Assembly (NCBI RefSeq): GCF_963921235.1
Contig: NC_086097.1
Span: 54,810,001-54,874,000 of the forward strand
Direction of reading: 5' to 3'
Length of the DNA: 64,000 bases
Source: Mobula hypostoma
Taxonomy: Eukaryota
A program made the position numbers and the translations under genes. The notes under the pieces were generated by a model. That model was not told where the DNA came from and made no database searches. It saw only the letters and a program-made list of their open reading frames with translations. Of the stretch, positions 1 through 13,700 are shown piece by piece; position 1 is the first letter of the stretch; each line of letters starts with the position of its first letter.

Positions 1-170
1 GCAGTTTCACACATTGTATGAAACTATCCTAAAATAATATGATTAATATTACCATTATATGAATTCAAAATATTTTATTTATTAATATTAATAATTATGT
101 TATGAAATAGAAAGTTGTAATCTTCCCAAAGGGGTAGTAGGCTTTCTTAGTATCATCTCTGTCTGCACAG

Positions 171-384
171 GTCTGTCTATGGCTATGAAGCTGATGACTG
201 CCCTCTCATGGAGCCATACGCATCTCTGTTATATCAACCATCTACAACACAGGAAAACATTCACCCAGGGCTGTATGCAAATTACAAGAGAGGCAAAATA
301 AAAGAATCAGGTAATGACCACACTTATGTAGTTGCCATGTGCTCAGAAGAGGCTTTATTAGAGAATGCTGGGAAGAGGAGTTAA
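171..384 (+). CDS. Probable terminal coding exon of an unidentified plus-strand gene (Tyr-motif-rich tail SVYGYEADDCPLMEPYASLLY...HTYVVAMCSEEALLENAGKRS*)
   Basis: Pyrimidine-rich acceptor catctctgtctgcacag ends at 170. 70 open codons run to TAA at 382-384 in non-repetitive sequence. AATAAA at 650-655. Upstream exons would lie outside the window. Confidence 0.5.
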
Positions 385-1663
385 GATGCTGGTGTCACAG
401 TTTAACAGTGGTACACAGAATACTCCAGTCGTGCAGTACAGGCTGGTGGAGTGAAGGTTGTCATGATTCTACTCTTCAATTAGTTCTCGTACCACGCCCT
501 TACTAATTCTAATGCAAATGAGTTCTTGACAGTGAAGAAAGAATTAATGCTGCAGATGATAGTGAAAATAAAAATCATAACCTGATTTAATTTTAAGTGA
601 TTTGTGTGTAGCCTAATCTTATCTTCCAATTCAGCAGCACTGCGGTTCTAATAAATACAGACAACATTTATACACTCGATACTCATTATTATGACCATGT
701 TATGGATCTGCAGGAATAGATAGCAATCTCTTGTGATTAAAGGGACAGAGAAATAGTGGAACTTTTAAGTTGAATGTTACTTTATAAAGACGGTACAATG
801 GCAGTAAAATAATTAAATTACAAGCTTGTTTTTGGCCTCATATGTGCCCATATTTTGGAACCCCCAGCATTAGGTGATTTCCTCATCACACCAAGGTCAT
901 TCTCTGTGATGCTATCAATGGAACATTTCAGACTGGGAATGTCCAAATTTTGAAACCAGCATGCCACAGGCATTGTCCCGACTTTTTTTTTGCAGTGAGA
1001 ATGAGTATTTTAGCTCAGGTTAAAATTGAGGACCACATCCCAAATGGTAGGAATGGTTAAATTAACATAATAAAATTAAAAAATACATTGTTTTGCCCAG
1101 GCCAAGAATTCAGACAGCTCTGTAAAATGGACATGATTTTCGGAGGCTGCAACATGTGAAAGGGATTTAACAGTAGGTTGCAATGGTAGAGTGATGATAA
1201 CAACAGCTTTAAGGAGAGAAAAATAGAACCTTACGATAGAGAATATTAAAAATATTGATTGAAGTTAGTGGTCAGTCGTCCAGTGGGAATAACATTGAGG
1301 AAGTCAAAAGTAAGACTTATGAACTAGATAAATTTGTAGAATGCTTGAGAACAGATGGGGCAGAAACTGAAATAAAACACAAGGTTGAGCTTAGCATTGG
1401 AGGAATATTTGTCTTTTGCTTACTAGTTATGGGAATTAAGTTAAGTGGAAAAGGCAGCAGACAGAAAATCACATTTCAACTATGTAAAAGAAAACAAAGT
1501 CTTCTGATCTTCAAGACATAAACTTTTCTTTGTAATTATTGTTGACAACACAATGAAAAATATGTCAAGTTTTACTAAATTATAGATTATTAAATCAAAT
1601 TTCAGTTTTTGAACAGATAACTCAGTCGTTAGTGTTAAACATAATTTATCCATTGGCATCAAA

Positions 1664-1791
1664 TCAAGACATATTGTGAAGTGGGTTTTCAAAGTACAAC
1701 GGTGAAGCTTCTGCCAATTGTTTCCGATAATACTTTCTGGATACAAGAAGAAATAGAAACATTTCCAGGATTTTCAGATGGTGATCTATTT
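1664..1791 (-). CDS. slc51a-like: OST-alpha-like coding exon 7, terminal (QIDHHLKILEMFLFLLVSRKYYRKQLAEASPLYFENPLHNMS*)
   Basis: 128 bp. Acceptor ttcttttacag, phase 1, TGA at 1666-1664. Confidence 0.9.
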
Positions 1792-4700
1792 CTGTAAAAG
1801 AATTCATAATTATGTGTGAGTGTAAATTCCGGTAGTAAACAAAAGATTGAAAAATATTTGGCTTTACACTGACATTGAAATAGTATAAATATTAATGGCA
1901 TTCCAAGAACAAATAGATGAAAGGAAGAATAAAGCCGATAAAAGATAAATACTACTATAACATGAAGCTATACAAACAATAAAAGTGAATGGTGATTAAT
2001 ATAATACTAACACAAAAGCAAACCACTATGACAGACAATGCAAAATTACAAAATCTGCAGATGCTGGAATTCCACACAAAATGCAGGAGGAACGCAACAG
2101 GCCAGGCAGTATCTATGGAAAAGAGTATAGTCGACGTTTTAGGCTGAGACCTTTCAACAGGACTCAGGCTGAAGAGTCTCGGCCCGAAACGTCGACTATA
2201 CTCTTTTTCATAAATGCTGCCTGGCCTGCTGAGTTCCTCCTGCATTTTGTGTGTGTTGCAAACTACTGTGGATGCTGATAACCTGAAATAACAATAGCAA
2301 TAATCCCATGGGACCAAACTATTTGTGAAAAGAGAATAGAGTCAACTTTTCAGATTGATGACCGTTTATCAGAACTAGAAAAAGCAAGCACCAGAAAAGA
2401 AAAAAAATCGGGCGAGGGAAGAAAAGGGAAAGTCTGTAATAGATTGGATGATGAATCAATCACCATTAGATTGAAAGAAAGATGAAGGTACAAGGAACAA
2501 ATAGGCATAAAGAAACACAAACAACTCATGTGTTAATATTATTTATATTTTAATTTATTATTATTATTTGTTTTTTGTATTTCCAGTTTATCTTGTTTTT
2601 CTCATTGATTGTTGGTAGTATTCCCATTGTTTTTCCATTGATTCTATTGTATTACTTTGTTCTACTGTGAATGCCCGCAAGAAAGTGAAACTCACAGGGA
2701 CACATGTGTACTTTGAATATAAATTTACTTTGAACTTTGAATTGGACCCAAAGGAGGAGTAAGTGGAAATAGCAGAATGATTGCCAGCAACTACCGGCAG
2801 GAAAAAAAAGATTGTGATCCAAAGTTGAACTTAGTTGAGACAGTAAGTCTGAAAGTGCATGGTCAAAAGTGGTGGAGCAGTCCTGCAAATGAGTCTCATA
2901 GGATTAGGAAGGCAAAGAAAAAGACTATTAAGTCAAACTGGCATTTAGGCTCTACTTTAGCTTCCCTGCATCTCTTCTCAACTAAATCTATCACCATAAT
3001 CACCTATTCTTATCTCCTTCATATACTTGCTACGGATCTGCAGGAATAGATAGCACTGGATGCGCAGTCTCCTGTGATTAAAAGGACAGAGAAATAGTAG
3101 AGACATTAAGCTGCATGTTACTTCATGCAGATTTTTGGTAAAATTCTTGACATTCTGGAGGAAGAATGTGAGAATAGAGATGTGTACGTAAAGTTTATCT
3201 AGAACAATGCAGGTTAAAAGTGATGGATGAATTAACGTATATGCATTTGGCATTACATTGGCCGATTTCTTGTGCCATTACATTCAGAGTCAAACCCAAA
3301 TATGGCTATAATATCAAGCAATATTAGAGTGCACGGGAATAATTACACATGGGTGTAGAAAAGGGCATGGAAAACAAGGTAGAAAATGGCTTTTCTTTTC
3401 TTATAATATAAACTCAAACATGGAAATCAGAATACTTCGAAACACCTTGACCTGACTTCTCAGGTCAAAGTGCTAAGATGTAGAGGAGGTCAGGGAATGA
3501 TGAATTGGACAAAGGAAATACCTGTGACAGGGTGAGTGAGTAGCCCAGGCCCAAAGTGATTACTGTGGTCATGGAACAGCTGGAGAATTATGCTGCAATG
3601 ACATGTATCATGGCAACACAATCCATCTGCTTAATGGTAGAACAGCTCTTTTATGGAGCCACAAAATTGGCAAGCACAAACATTGCCTAAAGGCAGGCTA
3701 CATCTCATATAAAGTAGAAATTAATTCTGTGGTCAGCCAGATTTGAGGAGAATGTTCCATAGAAACTTCCAGCTGATGGAATCAAAGTCTTCAATAGGAG
3801 AGTGCCCAGAAATGGTAAATTTCATCCGGAAAATACATGGGAGACACTGTGCAAAATGGCTGAGACTCATCTAATGATACAAAGTATGTAGAGGTGCACC
3901 TATGGTTTCCCAATACTTGGGACTAACTTTGATTTTTTAATATCTTCAGAAAAGGCAAGTATCGAAAGGTGCTTAGACTGTGTCCTAAATTCATCTCAAA
4001 ACTGCACTCCACTCAGTAGATACCCAGTTAAAAGGAACTGTGAATGAACTTTCAAAGAGGTATATTCCACATTCTATCACCAATTTCTGTGTTGAATCCA
4101 ATAATCTGGAAAGGTTTCCACATTCACTCTTACCTGGATTGATATGCTCTAAATTTAGATAATTAAACTGAAGTTTGATATGAAACCTCAAAGGTAAATT
4201 GTGAAGATTAATGGTAAAATAAACATAGGCATATTTATATTAGCATTCTTTAAATGCCTTAAGTGTAGATCTGATCCCAGATATATTTTTCAAGTTGAAT
4301 AAAAATTATGCCAAAATTCTCAATGCAGTAGCCTATATTCATAACAAAGTTGTTAACAATACAGGTGGCCCCCGCTTTTCAAACGTTCGCTTTACAAAAC
4401 CTCACTGTTACGAAAGACCTACATTAGTACCCTGTTTTCACTTTTAGAAGGTGTTGTCACTGTTACGAAGAAAGGCAGCGCGCGAAAAAAATCAGTGCGC
4501 GATAAAAGGCAGCGCGCGCCCCGAGCATCCGCTCTGCCCCGGATTCGGAGCAGCATTGCTTAAACACATTGCATTGAGCAGCCGTTAGCAAGATGAGTTC
4601 TAAGGTGTCAGAAAAGCCTGAAAGAGTAAGGGTGTTACACTTAGCGTAAAATTAGACATAATTAAGCGTTTCGATCGTGGTGAATGAAGCAAGGACAAAG

Positions 4701-7700
4701 TGAGTTTGGCTTGTGGAAGTTGACGAAGATGATGTTGAAGAGGTTTTGGCATCCCATGACCAAGAACTGATAGATGAAGAGCTGATGCAATTGGAAGAGG
4801 AAAGGATAACAATCGAAACCGAATGCAGAAAGTGAAGCAACTGCGTGAGATTTTCGCTGCAATGATAAAGTACGACTTTAATTTTGAAAGGGTACGTAGC
4901 TTTAGGGGATACTTGCAGGATGGTTTGAGTGCTTAAAAACAACTGTATGATAGAAAAATGCACGAGGCTCAGCAATCGGCAATTGCCTCTGATCTGCGCC
5001 GACATTTACATGCCGGGCAGCACCTAATTAATTAGCATGTTTATTTTGGCTTTTTTCTTAACGATGTGCTGTGTGTCTCCCGGCTACCGCTGCGTGCTTC
5101 GCGGCAATGTATCGGGTCAGCGGCCCGGAGGGTGGGGGCCACTGCACCACCCAGCCTGCGATGACTCAGTCTAACACACCATCATCAGTGTGCTCGGTGC
5201 TGTTTTCCCAATTCCAGTAAGTGATACTACACTGTACATACATTATTTCTACTTTATATAGGCTGTGTATTTTTACGTGTTATTTAGTAGATTTGGCAGC
5301 TTCATAGTTTAAAAGTTACTGGAGAGAGTGTTTATGCCAACAGCGCTTGCGTGAGATTTTCTGCCGAGAGCGCTTGCATGAGATTTCCTCTGCAGAGATC
5401 TGTGCAGGCAATCGTTGTAAAGAAGTATTTCTACTTTATATAGGCTGTGTATTTATCATATCATTCCTGCTTCTACTATATGTTACTGTTATTTTAGGTT
5501 TTATGTGTTATTTGGCATGATTTGGTTGGTTATTTTTGGGTCTGTGAACGCTCACAAAATTTTCCCATGTAAATAAATGGTAATTGCTTCTTTGCTTTAC
5601 GACGTTTCGGCTTACGAACCGTTTCAGAGGAATGCTCTACCTTTGGATGGCGGGGGAAACCTGTATTTCATTTTCAGTACAAATTTATCAAAGTACTGTC
5701 ATTTTTAATAATTAAAACTCTTGTACATTACATTATTTTGCCTGCTGGATTTGCATAAATATCAAATTATTAATAAATAATGATAGAGACTACTCACGTG
5801 AAGCTCTGTCTTTTGAGGAATACAAAGTCACACAGGGAATGATGTTGTAGGTTGCAAGGCAGCTAAGGATTAATGGTTGTAAATTGCTAACGATGATGTA
5901 GACAATAATGATTGCATATTTAGCCACAAGATGATAGCCTGCTTCTACAATTCCAAATGCAGTCTTCAGCAACAGATTAAATACATACAGGGACATTAAC
6001 GCAGATATATTGAGCAGGATCTTAATATAGAATATAGGGTTGGTTGAATTGACCTGCAACAGAAAGTTTTACTGATAACTACAGTTCAAAATAATTTCGA
6101 TTGCAATGGTAACATTTTTCTACTAAGACACATAAAAAGGTGTTTCTACAGAATATGCAGAACAATGACCTCAGAAGGTTATTAAATTAACAAAGGTTCG
6201 AAGGTTCATTTATTATCAAAGTATACATCTCTGAATTCTTCAGTTCTCTGGGTAGCCATGAAACCAAGAAAGAAAAGAAAGGAAGTACGATCATCAACTA
6301 CCCCCCCCATCTCTCCGCAAAAAAAATGAACAAAAACTGAACAGGTGCATCAAACCTCAAATCCCTCCTCCCACACAAAAACTGAGCAAAATGCATCAAG
6401 CACATCGAATGCAAAAAACTAAACTGAGGAGATAAGGTGGATGCGTATATACTGTAGATGTTTGTATTAAACTCAGCCTTCTTCCCACTCCATTTGATGC
6501 AGTCATTGAGTGTTGCCATACTAGTGTAGGATCTTTTTGTTCAGCAACCTGGGTTAAAGTTTTCCTCCAAGTATGAATTTCAAACCAGTGTCATTAAAGG
6601 TGTTGAAGAAAAAGAAAATAATATGATAAAAAGATAAGGTAGTCACATGGGACATCTGTTTACATGGTATTTAAGTAACAATGTATATTTTTTGGTTTGA
6701 GTAACTTGCTTTGCATTATAATATTCTGAAAAATTTTGTGTTTGATCTTTAAATAATTAGGTGTAGGAATCCTTGTTGAGCATGATAACCAGCAGAACTA
6801 TCCTACACATAGGAGTCATTCCTACTTTCCTGATAACCACATAAAATTGGAAACATGGAAATTCATCATGTTATCAGCTGGAGGTGCAGTCCTGCAGCAG
6901 GAGATTTTGCCCCTTTGCATTGTTATGTAGTAAATACAGGATACACAAGCAAGTCTCGTAGCTAGCTTTAGCAGTTGTTGGCCCTAGACATAGATTTATA
7001 AAATCAATCAAAATCTCATAAACTTTACTTGGAAAATATTCATTTAAATTAAGTTCAGTTACTCTAAAGGTTATTAAACATATAGGCATTTCATATTGTT
7101 TTGTTAAAAACTGTAATGCAGACTACCCATAGGAATTCTTAAATGAATGAAAATATTTTAAAAATTGACTTGAGGTGATCTATTGGCTATACATTCTAAC
7201 ACTGATACAAGTACATTTCAGAAAATTACCTCTCCACTGTCATATTTCCCATCAGCCCACAAAACAGCAGAAATAAACTGAAGCACTGGTTGCAGAATTA
7301 ATGTCTGTAAAATGCCAAATCGAAGGATTCTATAAGTTTTTCTGTAAAATAAATATTCCAGAATTTTAAAAAAAGGCTAAAATAGCACTGCTCATTACTT
7401 CAATAGCTGTCGAGTGCATTAGGACACCCTCAGATTATAAAATTGCTGGATGTAAAAGCCTGCATGTCTATCAATTAATCCTACTGAAAACTTATTATCT
7501 GACCACTCATTTCCAATCATTTGTATCAACCTAAAAAAACTTCATAAAAGCTAAGTAGTTATGAAGATAAGGTTAGTCCTGACGAAGGGTCTCGGCCTGA
7601 AACGTCGACTGCGCCTCTTCCTATAGATGCTGCCTGGCCTGCTGCGTTCACCAGCAACTTTGATGTATGTTGCATGAAGATAAGGGGGCCAGTTTTAACT

Positions 7701-10700
7701 TTAACAGTACAATAGAAACAAACAAGTCCCAGTGAAAAAAGAAATGTGTAACTTACTTAGATGCAGTACGTATTGCTGACATTAACACCACTATTATGTA
7801 GTTATTTCAGCTCCTGTCTAAAGCAGGCAGGAGCTTCACAAATTTATGCAATTTCAATAGGAGACATGATACTGCTTTAACTGGGTGTCTGCAGAGAAAA
7901 TGTAGTGGCTTTGTCACAATGTAGAAACCATTCTGTGACTATCCATAAATGGGGAAGTTCTTCAGGTTAATCTAAAGCATTTCTTAATGGAGTCAGACGA
8001 AGCCAATGTACTTTTCCCAGGCTCATGAGCAATCTTCTTTCTCTGGTACTATGTAACTGAAGCCCAGAAGTTAAAAGTACAGAAGGGATTTTGCTCTCTC
8101 TGTCCAGCTTCTCATCACAAAGCCTCTTAAATTTAATATCAAATGAAGTGAAGATATAAGTAAATTCTTCCTTTCTTGGATTCTGACACATTTTGTCTAT
8201 AGGCAAATTAATTAATATACATGGCCCCATAGAAGTCTCATTTTAACACCTCATCTAAAGAATCTACAATATTGCCTAATCATCACAGAGTGTGGGTGTT
8301 ACAATGATCTTTCAAAAGAAATTTCCACCTTCTCAGTTTGATGTAATAGATATTATGTTAGTTTGGAAAACAGCTCCAAAGCTTTTTGTGTTTTTTGGTT
8401 GATATTTATGCCCTGAACAACATCAGTAAAACCTGGGCATTACTTCACCATTCATTGTGTAATTTTTCTGTTCACAAATTGGCTACCATATTACCAAATC
8501 TTGCAACAGTTATACTTCTCTACACTATTTTAAAGAAGGCAATAGCTGGTTTAAAATAAATACCTTATTAATAATGTACAAAACAACAATACATTATATT
8601 TTATATCTGACAGCTAATATCTCACAATTTGTAACTCGAGCCAAATAAGGTTGCTGGATTGAGGGGAGAAGTTAGAGAACAGAAAGGAAAAGTGAGTTAA
8701 TATTATGAGGGGTATAAATAGGGTAAATGCAAGCAGGCTTTCTCCACTGAAATTGGGTGGGACCACGACCAGAAGTTAAGAGTGACAGGTGAAATGTTAA
8801 AGAGTAGGAACTTCTTCACTCAGAGAGTGGTGAGAGTGTGGAATGAGCTGCCAGTGCAAGTGGTGAATGCAGAATCAATTTCAACATTTGTGATAGGCAC
8901 ATGGATGGAGGGGGGGGATATGGAGGACTATGGTCCAGGTGCAGGTTGATGGGAGTAGGCAGATTAATGGTTTGGCACAGACTAGATGGGCTGAAGGGCC
9001 TGTTTCTATTTGTAGTGTTATATGACTATATGATGGAACTAATCGAGTATGAGCAACTATTATGATTACTTTTGTTGCTGCTGGTATCATGTATCAACAG
9101 TAGTTGTCAGTACGGATCCAATAAAAAGTTGATTTTATGCAGTTATGCTTCCAATATATGATGTTTTAAAAACAGATTACGTTAATGTTAGTTGACCTAT
9201 TGCACCGAGACTCTTCATCACAAGTCCTGATGAAGGGTCTCGGCCTGAAACATCAACTGTTTATTCATTTTCATAGATGCTGCCTGAACTGCTGCGTTCC
9301 TCCAGCATTTTATACGTGTTGCTCTGGATTTCCAATATCTGCTGTATCTCTTGTGTTTATGTTAATGATAATTTTATTGAATATAACTTTTCAAATTATG
9401 TAATCCAGGAACCTTAATGTAATTTATACATGTATTAACCTTGCTCAAAAGCAAAATATATTGTGGAATTAAGTCATAATTAACTTGCTAATCTGCAGTT
9501 TTGCTTTGTCAGTCTTAGCAAATGTGTCAACCAACACTCTGATATTTTTGGAGTTTGTGAAATTGAGTTTATATCTGATGCCACAGATAACAGGATATCT
9601 CAGTGTAAAGAGCCAGTGGTAGGCCTGTTATCATCAAACAGGGAAAGAAAAATAGGGAATTGAAGGAAGGGTGAGAGCCTGAGACAGAAGTGGCTTGTCC
9701 CACACTCATGACTCTTCCAGTTGGATAACTGACAGGTCGGTTTAATTGAGTTACTAATTGATTTGAGAATTCATCAGTCTGTGTTACTGGGATAAGTGCA
9801 CAAACATTCCAGGTAGCATTCAAAAAGGAAGAAAGATCAGGCAGGACATTAAGCGGATTTACATGTTATGAAAATACTGACCATTTGTCCCACACCAAGA
9901 TGATACTGTATGAAGTATATACTGTAACATTGTGTTGTTAACTTCTATTTGTACAATTTGAACTGAACCTGAACCACAATGAATTAGTTCAATCAAGTTA
10001 CTGCAACCATACTGGTAGTGACATCGCATCTGTTTTATGCTGTGAAGGGCAACACCACTAAAACTACAAACAAATTTCAACTTAACGTCAAATAAATTTT
10101 GAACAGTTCTGCTCCAGCTGTGTAAACTAGAGGTATAAAATATTACCTGGAGTATAACCATTGGCTAACTTTGCAAGGACAGCAAACCTGTGGGTGTCAA
10201 CATGTGGCACGTGCAGAAATAAATTGTTGGCATGCAGCATGCAGTGTTATCCTTTGATTCAAAACACCTCCCTGAATATAAAGATACTTATCTTTACTGC
10301 CAAATGAAGCAACAAGTGATTTTTTACAACCTAAGAGCAGTGAGATGTTTCACAGAAAATGTCTCAGCCAGCTTGGCACCAACTAGGTGATTGTAAGGAC
10401 ATTGGATGATATATTTGAAATTCTCACAGTACCTCTGTATTTGGATAGTAAATGATTACAATAACAATACCATTTAGAAATGATATTTTCTATTACCTTT
10501 CTAAAAACTAATTTTAATAATTTTAATAGGTTTTTTAAAATGCTTCATTTATTTCAATTCATCTCATACTTCTATTAATAGTAAAACAATGAATGCAGAA
10601 AAATTAGAAACACCCTTTTTTCCTTTAAAATGTCCATAATTATTGCTAATAATTCATTAATCAATGATAATCCCTGCTCAAAATTACCATGGCACGTGAA

Positions 10701-13700
10701 AGAATTATTTAGATTATCATCAGTTTCAGCACACACTCTCAGAAAGATTTGCCACCCTTGCTTTATAGCATTTTATTATATTAAACATTAAAACACTTAT
10801 AAATACACACCTGGTTATCTTAACTTTCGGAAGACACACGCAACAACAACAACAAGGGCCCACATTTAGAGATGCCTCCACATACTGCAGCTTATCAACA
10901 GCTTCAGTTACTCCACCAAGGTAAGCTATAGCAAGGTGGAAGAAACCGAACAAAGATATACTCGTATAACTGTAAAAAAAAGATCATTGAAGTTAGTACT
11001 AAAAGTGAGTTCAGCATGGCCACATGTAACAAAGTTGATTTACAAATATACTTACACTGCTGCCACAAAGTCGACCAAAGTTCCAGCTCGTGGAACAAAT
11101 GTGCCCAGTTGATAGGCAACTGTAGTTACCTAAAAAACAAGAGTATTAACTTCTGCTGAAGATTTCCCATTATCTGCACTTTATGCATATGAAATGCTTT
11201 TGGTTATACATAATGATAGTAATAACCAAGTCAAGACCATAGTTATATGTAATGATGGTAACATCAATAACTAATGCTATTTTCCACTTAAGAGTTGTAT
11301 TTTTATTGAAGGACATTCAGACGACAATAAAGTACAAGAACTTTAAATACGAAAAATATTTATTAACAATGATAGAATTTACTTTTAAGTACATGCTGGA
11401 TGATTCTTAAAAGAAAAATAACAGTATATCAAAGATGTTTGCTGTCATTAAGACCATAAGACATAGGAGCAGAATTAGGCCATCTGGCCCATTGAGTCTG
11501 CTCCTCCATTTCATCATGGTTGATCCATTTTCTCTCTCAACCCCATTCTTCTGCCTTCTCCCCATATCTTATCATGCCCTGACTAATCAAGGACCTATCA
11601 AACTCCACCCTAAATGCACCCAGTGACCAGGCCTCCACAGCTGACTAGGGAAAGAACTCCACAGATTTGTCACCCTCTGGCTGAAGTAATTACTCCTCAT
11701 CTCTGTTCTGAAGAGATGTCCCTCTATTTTGAAGCTGTGCACTCTGGTCATAGACTCTCCCACCAAAGGAAACATCTTCTTCACGTCCACGCTATGAATT
11801 TCCCCTCATTCTTTGAAATTCCTGAGTACAGGCGCAGAGCCTTTAATTGTTGCTCATGTGATAACTCTTTCACTCCTGGAATCATTCTCGTGAACCTCCT
11901 CTGAACACTCCCCAGTGTCCACACATTCTTTCTTAAATAAGGGCCCAAATCTGCCCACAATACTTCAAGTGAGGCCTCACCAGTGTCTTATACAGCTTCA
12001 GCATTTCATCCTCGCTTTTATATTCTGGTCCTCTTGAAACTAATGCTAACATTGCATTCGCTTTCCTCACCAGTGAGTCAATCCGCAAGTTAAACTTCAG
12101 GGGATCCTGCACAAGGACTCACAAATCCTTTTGCAACCTGGATTTTTGAATCTTCTCCCCATTCAGAAAATAATCTATGCTTTTATTCCTTCGACCAAAG
12201 TGCATGACCATACACTGCCCGGCTCTGTGTTCCATCTGCCATTTCTTTGCCCATTCTCCTAATCTGTCCAAGTCCTACTGCAGCCTCTTTGCTTCCTCAA
12301 CACTAACTGATCCTCCATCTATCTTAATATTGTCCACATGGATGGCCACAAAGTCATCAATTCCGTTGTCCAAATTGTTGACGTACAATGTACAAAGAAG
12401 CAATCCCAACACAGTCCTGTTGGAACACCACGTCACTGGCAACCAATCCAAAAAGGATCCTTTTATTTCCTCTCTATGCCCCCTGTCAATCAGCTAATAA
12501 TCTAGTATCTTTCCTGTAATACTGTGTACTTATCTTGTTTAGCAGCCTCCTGTACGCCACCTTATCAAAGTACCCAACATCCACTGATTCTCCTTTGTCT
12601 ATCCTGCTTGTTATTTCTTCAAAGAATTCCAACAGATTTGTCAGGCAAGAGTTTCCCTTAAGAATCCATGCTGTCTTTAGCCTATTTTGTCATGTGCTTC
12701 CAAGTACCCTGAAATTTCATCCTTAACAATCAACTTCAATATCTTCCCAACCACTGAGGTCAGGCTAGCTGGATAACTTCCTTTCTTCTGGCCTCTCTCC
12801 CTTCTTGAAGAGAGAAGTGACATTTGCAATTTTCCAGTCCTCCCGAACCATGCCAGAATATAATGATTCTTGAAAGATCATTATTAATGCCTCCACAATC
12901 TCTTCAGCCACCTCTTTCAGAACCCTGGGGTGTAGTCCATCAGGTCCAGGTGACTCATCTACCTTCAGACCTTTCTGTTTCCCAAGTTCCAACTCCCTAG
13001 TAACAGCCACCGCACACACTTCTGCCCCCTGACACTCTCCAATTTCTGGCATACTATTAGTGTCTTTTACAGTGATGACTGATGCAAAATACTTGCAACA
13101 CACACAAAATGCTGGAGGAACTCAGGAGGCCAGGCAGCATCTATGGAAAAGAGTAAACAGTCAATTTTCAGGCCAAGATCCTTCACTGGGACTTATGAAG
13201 AATTTTGGCCGAAATGTCAACTGTACTTTTCTCCATCGGTGCTGCCTGGCCTGAGTTCCTCCAGCATTTTGTGTGTGTTGCTTGGATTTCCAGCATCTGC
13301 AGATTTTCTCGTGATTGATGCAAGATACTTATTCAATTCATCTGCTATGTCCTTGTCCCCTGCTACTCTCTCTCCAGCATCATTTTCCAGCAGTCCAATA
13401 TCTACTCATAACTTTCTTTTAGTCTTTATATATCTGAAAAAAATCTTCTGGGATTATTTTTGATATTATTGTCTAGCTTACCTTCGTATTTCATCTTTTC
13501 CCTCCTTATAGTTTTTTTAGTTGTCCTCTATTGGTTTTTTAAAAAAAATTCCTAATCCTCTAACTTCCCACTAACTTTTGCTATATTATATGCCCTCCCT
13601 TTTGCTTTTATGTTGGCTTTGACTTCCCTTGTCAGCCACGGTTGTGTCATCCTGCCTTTAGAATACTTCCTCTTCTTTGGGATGAATCTATCTTACGTCT

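Noticed and set aside
1255..1521. 88-aa plus-strand ORF
   Set aside because: Non-ATG start, no recognisable motif or splice support, and it lies in the 3' flank.
1689..1901. ORF-track 70-aa minus ORF as the last OST-alpha-like exon
   Set aside because: Wrong frame. The phase-1 splice at 1791 uses another frame, which gives the conserved LEMFL..RKYYR.
3991..4191. Possible extra exon (acceptor-like cctttccag)
   Set aside because: The required phase hits a stop within 9 codons, and the protein is complete without it.
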